DNA from: Candidatus Bathyarchaeota archaeon
GTDB lineage: Archaea > Thermoproteota > Bathyarchaeia > 40CM-2-53-6 > RBG-13-38-9
NCBI GenBank assembly: GCA_963807605.1
Contig: CAWECG010000003.1
Coordinates: 576,001 to 640,000 of the forward strand
Reading direction: 5' to 3'
Length of the DNA: 64,000 nucleotides
Shown here: piece after piece, positions 30,816 through 39,437 of the stretch
Position numbering within the stretch: position 1 is the stretch's first letter
Layout: each line of letters begins with the position of its first letter
Program-made: the position numbers and the translations under genes
Notes under the pieces: generated by a model
What the model was told of the DNA's origin: nothing
Databases searched by the model: none
What the model saw: only the letters and a program-made list of their open reading frames with translations

Positions 30816-31454
30816 TTGCTGCAGAAGTCGGATATCAATATCATCCAGAAGGATCTGGCGATTTTGGATGTAGCAAGAGATGGTGTTTTTGACGTCTCAA
30901 GAATCGCAGTCAGGTTCTCAGGACGAGCTATAGTCGAATTGCACAGAGGTGATCTGAAGAAAGCCCATGAGTATCTTGGGAACGCCGCGTCAGCTCTCAA
31001 AGATCTCGAGAAGATGACAAGAAAAAAGGGAGGGCTCAGGCATTTGGCTAATGTGACTGTGGCCTACCAAGAATATGCTGAGGCCAAACTGCTCTACCAC
31101 ATGATGATCGACGAGAGGATTCTCTCACTAGACGAGGTGGGTGTTGAGATAGAAGCATATTTGCTAGGACTGCTGGATTTTATTGGGGAGCTGCGAAGAA
31201 TGTGCCTTAACTACCTGAGAGCCGGCCAAGTCTCCAAAGCTGAGTATTCACTAAAGGTGATGGAGGAGATATACGAGGACCTCTACTCAATAGACCATAC
31301 CGCCATAATACCTAACTTCAGACATAAGATGGATGGGGCCAGAAGAATCATAGAGACGACAAGAGGTGATGTTGTTACGGAAGTTCGAAGATTATCATTG
31401 GAGACCGCGCTGAAAAATTTCGAAGAGAAACTCTTGAAACGGATAAGGCCCTAA
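30816..31454 (+). CDS. Translin family protein
   Basis: QEYAEA, YLLGLLDFIGELRR, RHKMD. Confidence 0.88.
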   Translation: MLQKSDINIIQKDLAILDVARDGVFDVSRIAVRFSGRAIVELHRGDLKKAHEYLGNAASALKDLEKMTRKKGGLRHLANVTVAYQEYAEAKLLYHMMIDERILSLDEVGVEIEAYLLGLLDFIGELRRMCLNYLRAGQVSKAEYSLKVMEEIYEDLYSIDHTAIIPNFRHKMDGARRIIETTRGDVVTEVRRLSLETALKNFEEKLLKRIRP

Positions 31455-31470
31455 AGTGGATGTTCAGGGA

Positions 31471-32115
31471 CTAATCAAGCTCCTTCTTTCTGTAATTGGC
31501 AAGCTTGTCCGCGAGGTGAAGCGGTTCAGGGAACCGGTGTCCGCGAAGGCAATCAATTGTGATTTTCGCAGTTGACTTTAAGCTAACCATGTGTCCGGGC
31601 GAGGCGTATATCGGTTTACCTATCGCTGGCTTAATCGCCCAGCCTAGTACATCACCGTCAGCAAAGAGTGGCTCGGCCGCCCCAACCTCTGTTGGTAGAC
31701 GTTCGTAATGGCCATAGAGTCTAGATCCTGCGACTCCGATTGTCGGCTTTCCCAGCTGAACGCCCACGTGCGACGCGGATCCAAATCTCCTCGGATGAGC
31801 TGTCCCATGAGCATTGATCATGAAGATTTCAGGCTCGATGTCTAGACTATTGATCACCTTTGACATCGGCGGGCCTTCTCTGAACCAAAGGAAGCCAGGT
31901 CGATATGAAAAATCCAATTCGACTATGGTGGACTTCTGTTCAATGACCTCCATGTTCACATAGTTCAAGATGACGCATGCTGCTACCGCTCTGTCATCTG
32001 TGAACGCTAGATCCACGCCCCCGATGCTCTTGATCGGTGTCTTGAACCGATCTTTTAGTATCAGACGCCTCGAGAGTGTCGTCTGGATCATGATTAACTC
32101 GTCAATACTCTTCAA
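31471..32115 (-). CDS. nfi: Endonuclease V
   Basis: GGVD, YRPGFL.FRE, HPRRFG.ASH, SPGH, PEP. Confidence 0.9.
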   Translation of the reverse strand: MKSIDELIMIQTTLSRRLILKDRFKTPIKSIGGVDLAFTDDRAVAACVILNYVNMEVIEQKSTIVELDFSYRPGFLWFREGPPMSKVINSLDIEPEIFMINAHGTAHPRRFGSASHVGVQLGKPTIGVAGSRLYGHYERLPTEVGAAEPLFADGDVLGWAIKPAIGKPIYASPGHMVSLKSTAKITIDCLRGHRFPEPLHLADKLANYRKKELD

Positions 32116-32232
32116 TGGCGATACTTTCTTGCGGGCTAGGTTCGATTCCTTCTAGAATGAGCGTCTGACCAGAAAGAGATAATTGTTTTGCAGTCTAACT
32201 TAAGTTGGACGGATTTTGTCGCTGATCGGAAC

Positions 32233-32922
32233 ATGGACGAATCAGAAGCGAGCTCGCTGAGTGGAAGTCTTCTTCTTACTCTGTGTAGGCTTGCTGAGCT
32301 TGCGATTCCTGGCGGGGAGGTCTCATGCACCACAAGCGAGCTTGCAGTCAGACTAAGTCGTTCGCAGCAGACGGCGTCAAGGCACCTCATCGAGCTTGAA
32401 CGCATGGGACTCATCAAACGTGTTAGAGTCGCAGAGCATCAGTCAATACGGCTTACCTCTCAAGGGCTGGATCTTCTCAAAGAAATGTATTTTGTGTTGA
32501 AGAGGACATTTGAGAGACCTCAAAACGAGATCTATCTTGAGGGTGAGCTCTTCTCCGGTTTAGGCGAGGGGTCGTACTACATAGGCCAAGAAGGTTATCG
32601 CAAGCAAGTGAAAGAGAAACTCGGCTTCGACCCTTACCCTGGAACCTTAAACATCAGACTGAAACCAAGTTACGAGGGTGCGACAGGTGTCTTAGAGGGC
32701 CTCTCTCTCGTGCCAATCATGGGATTTAGAGCTGAAGGTAGGAGTTTCGGCCCTGCAAAATGCGCCAAAGCAGTAATCAACGATAGTGTCGAGGCCGCAA
32801 TAGTCCTTGCTTTGAGGAGCCACTACGGCACAGACGTTGTTGAGATAATAGCTGGAGAAAACCTGAGAAAGAGGCTCAGACTTCGCGAGGGAGACACAGT
32901 CAGAGTCAGAGTTCTCACCTAA
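32233..32922 (+). CDS. ribK: CTP-dependent riboflavin kinase with N-terminal HTH
   Basis: SQQTASR, SGLGEG, PYPGTLN. Confidence 0.93.
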   Translation: MDESEASSLSGSLLLTLCRLAELAIPGGEVSCTTSELAVRLSRSQQTASRHLIELERMGLIKRVRVAEHQSIRLTSQGLDLLKEMYFVLKRTFERPQNEIYLEGELFSGLGEGSYYIGQEGYRKQVKEKLGFDPYPGTLNIRLKPSYEGATGVLEGLSLVPIMGFRAEGRSFGPAKCAKAVINDSVEAAIVLALRSHYGTDVVEIIAGENLRKRLRLREGDTVRVRVLT

Positions 32923-33361
32923 ACTCCTCCACTATCTTCCTCTTGATCTTGGAAGAACTATTGAAATCCTCAGGGCCGTATCGTCTAGTCCTGACGATCT
33001 TGACCTTTTTCGGATAGCCCCTCAAGGCAACTTGAACAGCTTCCAGTATATCGTTCTGATCGTAGCCGATAGCTATGACATCGGGTCTGAGTCTGTGTAT
33101 TACAGCGTCTATATTCAGCTCTTCAAAGCCAAGTATCGCCCTATCGACGGGCTTAAGAGCCTGAACCAAAGCCCTCCTCTGATCCTCAGGAACAATAGGC
33201 GTTTTCCCCTTGCGCCTCTCTACCGTCTTGTCTCTGGCAACGATGACGATGAGCCTCGAGTCACTGCCTCCAGCCTTCTTTGCGTCCTCAAGGGCCTTCA
33301 GATGGCCAAAATGTAATAGGTCGAAAGCTCCGGTGGCAAGAACGAGTTTACGCCTCCTCAC
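32915..33361 (-). CDS. ribL: FAD synthase
   Basis: GAFDLLHFGH, VARD, GYDQ, SSSKI. Confidence 0.9.
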   Translation of the reverse strand: MRRRKLVLATGAFDLLHFGHLKALEDAKKAGGSDSRLIVIVARDKTVERRKGKTPIVPEDQRRALVQALKPVDRAILGFEELNIDAVIHRLRPDVIAIGYDQNDILEAVQVALRGYPKKVKIVRTRRYGPEDFNSSSKIKRKIVEEFR

Positions 33362-33636
33362 AATCCGACACTCCTCCAGCTAAAGTCGACAAACTCCATC
33401 ATTCTCAATGAGTCTAATAGGCCCTCAGCGTACGATACCGAAGCCAATGCAGTTGCTTCTCTTCCAGCATTCAAGTAGAATTTGGAATCGGTCAAGTAAT
33501 TCTTGACCGAGTCTATGATTTGTCTAACTTTGTCGCCCAGAGCTTCTGACGGGAAGTTTCTTAGAGTCAACTCTTGCAGGGCCAACTCTACAGCCAAAAT
33601 GTATTTCTTTGCCAGTGATTGCGTCTCATCACTCAT
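33358..33636 (-). CDS. DUF357 family protein
   Basis: YLTDSKFYL..G....ALASVSYAEGLLD. Confidence 0.88.
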   Translation of the reverse strand: MSDETQSLAKKYILAVELALQELTLRNFPSEALGDKVRQIIDSVKNYLTDSKFYLNAGREATALASVSYAEGLLDSLRMMEFVDFSWRSVGL

Positions 33637-34433
33637 ATTAGACCCTCAAGTATCTCTCTTTTTGCTCCGCAGAGAGTCTCCAAAGCCTCGACCTCCATGA
33701 AGTGCAGCCTTCCTGGAAAGACTATACAATGTGGGGGGCCGCCCCAATCAAATCTCAGTAGGTCCTCAACAGAATCGGCTCTTGTTATTCCTTGGCGGGA
33801 TCCCAATCTCGCTAAGCCAATGGCCACTGTACTCAATGCTACACAGTCGTTTGATTTCCGCTCTTCCATTTCAAGTAGCAGCCTGAGCCCCTCTGGAATT
33901 GTCATGTACTTCTCGTTTTCGGAGTCGATGTCCAAGAGGGTCAACGTGTGGAGGCCCCTCTGCTTGTTCTCGCAGATATTCTCGTAGGGGGTCTCCGATG
34001 TTGACACTGATTTGAAAGGCACGGTGACGGTTCTTCCGAATTTGTAGTTCTGAAGACCCGTAGCGCCTGATATCGCTGAGGAGATGGATGCAGCGTGCAC
34101 GACTGCTGTCTTTATTCCCGACTTTTCAGCTCTTAACCGAAGAGCGACATGCGTGGTCGCAACATTCGGATCGCCGGGTGCTAGGAATACACACGGGCTT
34201 CTCTTGGCGCAAGAAATGATACTCGTTTCAGCCTCTTCCTCGACAGCCTCTCTTGAAAGGATCTCTACCTTCTTGCCGATTAGGTTCTGTAGGTTCACAA
34301 TGTTCAATCCGGGCATGTAGCTGGTGTAGAACTCTGCAAAGACGTGATCGGCTTTCTTTGCCTCCTCTAGACCTTCAAGGCTCATTCCTAACTCGCTGTG
34401 CAGTCCCAGTCCTACGAAGGTCAATCGTGACAA
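33633..34433 (-). CDS. dph5: Diphthine synthase
   Basis: VGLGL, EFYTS, GDP.VATTH, GLQNYKFG, HTL.LLD, LHFME. Confidence 0.95.
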   Translation of the reverse strand: MSRLTFVGLGLHSELGMSLEGLEEAKKADHVFAEFYTSYMPGLNIVNLQNLIGKKVEILSREAVEEEAETSIISCAKRSPCVFLAPGDPNVATTHVALRLRAEKSGIKTAVVHAASISSAISGATGLQNYKFGRTVTVPFKSVSTSETPYENICENKQRGLHTLTLLDIDSENEKYMTIPEGLRLLLEMEERKSNDCVALSTVAIGLARLGSRQGITRADSVEDLLRFDWGGPPHCIVFPGRLHFMEVEALETLCGAKREILEGLI

Positions 34434-34579
34434 GAGATCGCCCCTTAGCAAGACGCGTAAGCGAAAGAAAGGGTTTTGCGATCGCACTTAGTTAGATGTT
34501 CGGCAGTTGTCTCCCCCAAGATGGAAGACTAGAAAAGATTATTAGAAGTTCATGTAGGTACCCATGGGATGGCGGGCTT

Positions 34580-34697
34580 GGGCCCGTAAACCAAGATGTA
34601 GGTTGGTCGGGACGCTCAGTCAGGTAGAGCGGTGGTCCAGACTTGGCCGAAGCTCTTAACCCAAAGGTCGCGGGTTCAAATCCCGTCGGGCCCGCCA
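34580..34697 (+). tRNA. tRNA-Lys(CTT) with two introns: 34589-34613 (position 9/10) and 34636-34651 (position 30/31)
   Basis: Spliced: GGGCCCG TA GCTC AGTCAGGTA GAGC G GTGGG CT CTT AA CCCAA AGGTC GCGGG TTCAAAT CCCGT CGGGCCC G CCA; both introns have BHB/BHL junctions. Confidence 0.9.
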
Positions 34698-34936
34698 AAT
34701 TTCTTCATATTCGAATGTATTATTGGCTTAATTTTTCCAATTTTTCATTTTGACTCCAAAGAACTCATAATGTCAGTATTCAACCTGCGACAAAGGTCAA
34801 GTGCACGCGTACGTAATATCAATGGCAGAAATCGACTGATCATAAGCGCGCGAATGAGCGTCTTCTCCGTTTCTTCCCTCAAAGATGTTAAGATGGCTAC
34901 TGCATATAGCAACTTACGAAGACTATCGATGCAGTT

Positions 34937-35372
34937 ATGAAATCTCGGCAAAGGAGAAGGCAGTTGTAACTATACAGAATGTCGTCGCTACGGCAAATTT
35001 AAAGCAACACTTAGACCTCGACACTATTATAGGATTATTTCCAGGAGTTCAGTATCGGCCACGAGAGTTTGCAGGACTCATTTTCCGGTTGAAGAACTCT
35101 AAGACTTCGACTCTCATCTTCAGTTCTGGGAAGATGGTTTGCACTGGCTCCATCGACTTGGATAAGACTACGTATTCACTGAAGAAGACGATGTATGACC
35201 TGAGCAATTTTCAGGCTTGATTTACCGGATGGATGAACCGAAAGTGGTTATGCTCCTCTTCGCAAGCGGAAACTTCGTCTGCACCGGGGCGAAGAAGGAA
35301 GAAGAAGTTCACTATGCCGTAATTAAACTCCCAGTGACACTTGAGAAGAAAGAACTTATTGAATACAAGTAG
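34937..35372 (+). pseudogene. tbp: TATA-binding protein relic (internal deletion and frameshifts)
   Basis: IQNVVATA...LIFSSGKMVCTGS joined to IDL..., then shifted frame [26 protein letters not shown]. Confidence 0.88.
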
Positions 35373-35422
35373 GCAGACGATATAGCCTACTCAAACACCA
35401 CATCACTTCTCTAGCGTGCCCG

Positions 35423-35707
35423 TCAAAGGGATTTTGAGAGGGTTATCTCGATTGTCGAGACTGACCTCGTACCGCCTTCTTGCATTGGTAAGTCTTCTGT
35501 TCCGAGGCTTACCTTTTCGATTCTTAGGTTCTCCATGAATCTCCGCCTAGTTATCTCCGCAGTATCTACAGCGGTTGTTATAGCTTGCCCTCTAGCCTTA
35601 AGGGTGACTTCTTTTGTTTCTCCCCTACCGAAGAGGGTTATCACAGCCAAAACATAGTTCATGGTCGGCTTTCGCCCTATGAACACTGTATTCGGTTCCT
35701 TTGACAT
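35423..35707 (-). CDS. albA: DNA/RNA-binding protein Alba
   Basis: IGRKPTMNYV, KARGQAI..AVD, VSTIEI. Confidence 0.95.
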   Translation of the reverse strand: MSKEPNTVFIGRKPTMNYVLAVITLFGRGETKEVTLKARGQAITTAVDTAEITRRRFMENLRIEKVSLGTEDLPMQEGGTRSVSTIEITLSKSL

Positions 35708-36082
35708 TGCATCCTCCACCAATGAAGCTTTAGTGGAAGGTGTATGTAGTCTATATTTAAACGCTTCAGAATTTTACTACGTGCGCGGTTAGCCGATCAA
35801 TCTTTCAATTTCAGATGTAAGTTCCTCGCATCGCATTGGATTCAACACCTCATTTGCTCAACGAAGGGGAGCAGAATGACAGACCATCTTATACAGAGCT
35901 ATCTGTGCGCAGTTCCAAGCATGGCAATAGTATTCGATTGTGCATCCAAATTCGGCCTTTGTGGCTTTCGTATTGCCCTTATTCAGATTTTCATTGGCTT
36001 GATTGATGTACTTTGAATCTCCACCTGCGCGCTAGTAATATGTTAATGAGTCAGAATGTGCCTCATTGGTTTATGTGATCGC

Positions 36083-36403
36083 ATGAGTGACGACTGGTCT
36101 AAGGCTAAAGAGAGGCAGATAGAGAGGATAAAGAGCTTACAGCCTCATGATCGGTTAAGTTTAGTTGAGGCAATAACCGAAATAAACTGGTATATTACCA
36201 GCAGTTGCCTTGGCTGGGCGGAGTGGATTCATGACCCGATTATTGCCGGCCATTTTAGCCAAGAGAAACTGGAAGAATTATTCAAGAGGTTTACCAAGTT
36301 TGGGCTTGAGTTTCTGGAATTTGACATTTCTGCAACTAAAGAGTTTGGGGAGATTCTGAAGAAGTCTGAGAAAGCTAGACGGAAAACCCCAATCTATGCT
36401 TGA
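36083..36403 (+). CDS. DUF2153-like protein
   Basis: DRL.L....SCLGW..W...P...LEFDI..T. Confidence 0.7.
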   Translation: MSDDWSKAKERQIERIKSLQPHDRLSLVEAITEINWYITSSCLGWAEWIHDPIIAGHFSQEKLEELFKRFTKFGLEFLEFDISATKEFGEILKKSEKARRKTPIYA

Positions 36404-36605
36404 CAGAATCGAATTCAGGTGTATTGTTTGTCTGTTGAAGGATACCGTCGATTCTGCCTATTACATTCGATCTGATTGTGGTAAAGCAGCTGAGGTTCCA
36501 TTTGAACCCTCTGGAGATAGACCAGTCTACTGTAGAGAATGCTGCCAAAAACGCGGAAGATAATAGAGCGGGCGCTTAGAACATCCGAATTTGAACCGTT
36601 AGGTT

Positions 36606-36855
36606 GTGTGCGTATCCCTTGGTTAGTACACACGGCGACGACGCTAACCAGATATGGCACACACAGCCGTTCCTGCCAATGGCGCTGAGCGCGCGCCTAT
36701 TATTATGCACCCTTCTCATTTCAGAAATTCTTGACTACGTACTCTGATGCGCGATATTCCTCTGTAAACTACGTCGGATGTATTCCTGCCAACATAACAC
36801 CGGTGAACGAAGCGAGCCGCCCCTTCTGTGTGTGCCATGACTGGTAAGCACCACC
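36606..36855. repeat. Three 28-bp 11-6-11 sites; two form 24-bp inverted repeats around 36643-36849
   Basis: 36606+ GTGTGCGTATC-CCTTGG-TTAGTACACAC; 36664- GTGTGTGCCAT-ATCTGG-TTAGCGTCGTC; 36828+ GTGTGTGCCAT-GACTGG-TAAGCACCACC. Confidence 0.65.
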
Positions 36856-36868
36856 TAGCCCGGAAATT

Positions 36869-37123
36869 CTAACGCCAAGGCGGCTTCGGTTTCGTTGAAC
36901 TTGATATTAGTACTTCGCCGCGCGACGATACAGTTGCCGTGAATTCTTCTCTTACGCCTGCTTCGGTAAGGTAAGTTCCTTTGACCTTCCAGGCGCCCTT
37001 TTCATCGGGGCCCTTGGTCTCCTGCTCCGTAGACAAAGAAGCGATCTTCCCGTGGCGGGTCCTTGTGCCGAGGAAGTACTTCCTCACGACACTTTCTGCA
37101 TCCTCCGCTTTCTCTATTCGCAT
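36869..37123 (-). CDS. Small hypothetical protein (PepSY-like pattern)
   Basis: AEDA...W.V.G...F.A.V...GEV. Confidence 0.55.
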   Translation of the reverse strand: MRIEKAEDAESVVRKYFLGTRTRHGKIASLSTEQETKGPDEKGAWKVKGTYLTEAGVREEFTATVSSRGEVLISSSTKPKPPWR

Positions 37124-37564
37124 CTTTGTCCAAGCTTCCAGCTCAGTTGAGGAAGAAAGAAATATTAGAACCCTTTGGTTGAACCTTCCAACTGCTCCTT
37201 AGGTAAAAACGATTCTGCAATCGAAAACATTCCTCAAGAAAGTCTCCTTGGAACGCACTTGACTATTGTGTTACATCGATCTTCGATGTACCCCTTCGCC
37301 ATCGATCTGTTCCTTGATTCTAAAGAATGCTCGACATAATAGAACGAACGATTGCATTCAAGCTTCCCAAGGTCGCGCGCGCTAACAGGAAAAGTTCTTT
37401 TCCTCTGAACTAGATTCATTACGTGGTGTATGGATTTGACCAGACCTGAATGGCAGAAGAAACGGAAAAGAATGGCAAACAGGATGGGCCAAAAGAAGGG
37501 CAGAACGAGATAAATTTCTCCAGACTCAACGTCACACCCACTAGAAACTCTCGCTAGATATGAG

Positions 37565-37625
37565 CCTGCCCGATTTTTGAGCCCAATTCCAGCACCAAGA
37601 ACGCTCCGAACCCGTCGGCCCGCCA
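37565..37625 (+). mobile_element. attR-like end: degenerate direct repeat of the tRNA-Lys 3' end
   Basis: CCCGTCGG-CCCGCCA vs tRNA CCCGTCGGGCCCGCCA; preceded by TTTTGAGCCCAATTCCAGCACC, homologous to the 2340-2430 end. Confidence 0.7.
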
Positions 37626-37795
37626 GAATTTTTCTCTGGGTCTTTTTCCCTGCTGCGTGTTAGTACGCGATAGACTAACCTACTGGCGTGGGCTTTGCTT
37701 TTCCCCTCACTTGTTTATGACTAAGGTCATGCGAATATAGACCAACGCGCATAACGTTAAGCAGCAAGAATACCTTTCTAGAGGTGATAAGCTTA

Positions 37796-37867
37796 GTGAT
37801 TACCTTGAGATGTTCTATTGGCGAATGTGTCTTTGAGATAGATGCTCACGCCTTTGAAGAATCAATT
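37796..37867 (+). pseudogene. 5' fragment paralog of the DUF1059-like gene at 5459
   Basis: VITLRCSIGECVFEIDAHAFEESI vs VITLKCPIGGCVFEIDAHTFEEAI, upstream DNA also shared; homology ends at TGCGCGC. Confidence 0.85.
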
Positions 37868-37878
37868 GCGCGCTATAC

Positions 37879-37963
37879 GTTCGGACCTTCCGAGGCCCAA
37901 ACCACCAACAATTTTGAGTCCAAAACTAACGGGAAAAATGGCCGGTTCTAGGCGGATCCACCA
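37879..37963 (+). mobile_element. Third, more degenerate att-like end
   Basis: TCGGACCTTCCGAGGCCCAAACC..AATTTTGAGTCCAA..GGCGGATCCACCA aligns with the 2340-2430 minus strand. Confidence 0.55.
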
Positions 37964-38065
37964 AATCTATTATGTGAGTTCTGCACTAGCTTAATTCTTG
38001 GTTCAAGGAAACTGGAGAAACTGTCGATTTATCAGTATCTCTCTTCAGCAAGGAAGTTCGCTTTT

Positions 38066-38449
38066 TTGACAGATATATTGACTGGCCGTGAACTCGTGGG
38101 CAAAGCGTTCGTTTACCTGACTACGTTAACCAAGGAATGTCGAAAAGCTCTGACTGTGAAGTTTGAGATCGAACATAAAGGGATACCTTTCGATTCGATT
38201 GAGACAGCCATGAGGCAGGATATTGAGTCTTGGTTTTCCAGGAGAGACAAGAACATTGCGATAAGTCATGACAAAAGCCTGAAGGGAAGACCAGGGGAGA
38301 TACTCATGACTTATTCAGGAGTGACTAAGGGGGCCCACTTCAATATCCATGTTGAAAGTCTTTTTACATTGTCCGGCTCTTCAACCAACTCTCCTGCTTA
38401 TCTGAAAAACCTGAATATCTACATTGACAAAAGAGAGGTTATGAAATAG
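38066..38449 (+). CDS. Hypothetical protein
   Basis: 127-aa ORF, globular-looking composition. Confidence 0.6.
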   Translation: MTDILTGRELVGKAFVYLTTLTKECRKALTVKFEIEHKGIPFDSIETAMRQDIESWFSRRDKNIAISHDKSLKGRPGEILMTYSGVTKGAHFNIHVESLFTLSGSSTNSPAYLKNLNIYIDKREVMK

Positions 38450-38499
38450 TAAAACTCAGTACTAGCACTCAATAAAGCGTTGAGATTAAGCTACACTGC

Positions 38500-39243
38500 T
38501 CAGATTGATGGGTTCTCGATGACCGTGAGTTTGCCCGTTTTGCCAACACTCACCTGCAGTTCTCCTCTGAACGCTTTTACTCTTCCGTTCTCAATGTGAA
38601 CAGTGTCACCGATAGACACCATATCTATTTGGGCGTTCCAAAGTGGAAACTTGATAGACCCAGTGCCATCAGAAATTGTTGAGTTCGATAAACCGAGAGG
38701 ATTACCCCCGTACCTCGAGAAGACCGTCTTCGCGATTGACTTCTCAATAACCTTTGCCTTAAGATTGACCCATTTGACTCCCAAAGCCACGTCTTTGATC
38801 TGCATGTCAAGAGGTGTCAACCCTTCGATTTTCCTGAGTGGAATGGATTCGTTCCATGGAAGGCTTTCAAAGTCCACTTCCGGCAGATGCTTCAATGTTG
38901 CCGCGGTAAGACGTAGTTGCGTAATCACCTTCTGATCTTGGGTTACGAGAAAGACACCATCATTCTCAGTCTTTTGTCGGCACTGGATCGATATCCCTCG
39001 GTAGGACGATTTCGTATGCTTCCAGGCATCTAGAAAACATTCAAGAAATTTTTGTGTCTCAAGTCCATATTTCTTGGAAACCCAGACTAAATACCAAAGA
39101 CGCGCCATTTCGGGCATGGATTGCCGCTGGCCGCGAGGTCTACCCCGCTCACAGTGCAAGAACTCTCTTCGTAGAACTCGTAAACCTATCAACAAAATCA
39201 CCGTATACAGTGGTGCCTTGCTCTTTAACCTTTGATCATTCAA
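38500..39243 (-). CDS. RPA/SSB-like OB-fold protein with an uncharacterised N-terminal domain (start uncertain)
   Basis: VNLKAKVIEK..ISDGTGSIKFPLWN..GDTVHIENG..FRGELQVSVG. Confidence 0.85.
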   Translation of the reverse strand: MNDQRLKSKAPLYTVILLIGLRVLRREFLHCERGRPRGQRQSMPEMARLWYLVWVSKKYGLETQKFLECFLDAWKHTKSSYRGISIQCRQKTENDGVFLVTQDQKVITQLRLTAATLKHLPEVDFESLPWNESIPLRKIEGLTPLDMQIKDVALGVKWVNLKAKVIEKSIAKTVFSRYGGNPLGLSNSTISDGTGSIKFPLWNAQIDMVSIGDTVHIENGRVKAFRGELQVSVGKTGKLTVIENPSI

Positions 39244-39437
39244 CTTTGGGGTCTCTTAGAACGACTTCACAAGGGAAAATCTGGCATTCTTGGTGTCGCC
39301 CCTCTTAATGATACTATTTGCGATGCAAGAATCTAGAGATACCAAATATGAGAGAGGCGCAATATGCGTGCGTATAATTGGTGAGCGCACACTCGCCAGT
39401 ATTTTCCCTTCAGTGGTGAGTCATTGGTACTCTGGTT

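Noticed and set aside
8287-37386. Integron attC cassettes, suggested by GTTAG/CTAAC words such as GTTAGCGCGCGC at 8286 and its inverse at 37375
   Set aside because: No IntI, no long attC-style hairpins, and genes are not in a uniform cassette orientation.
37448-37510. GAATGGCA-like short repeats
   Set aside because: Irregular and degenerate low-complexity purine tract; no function supportable.
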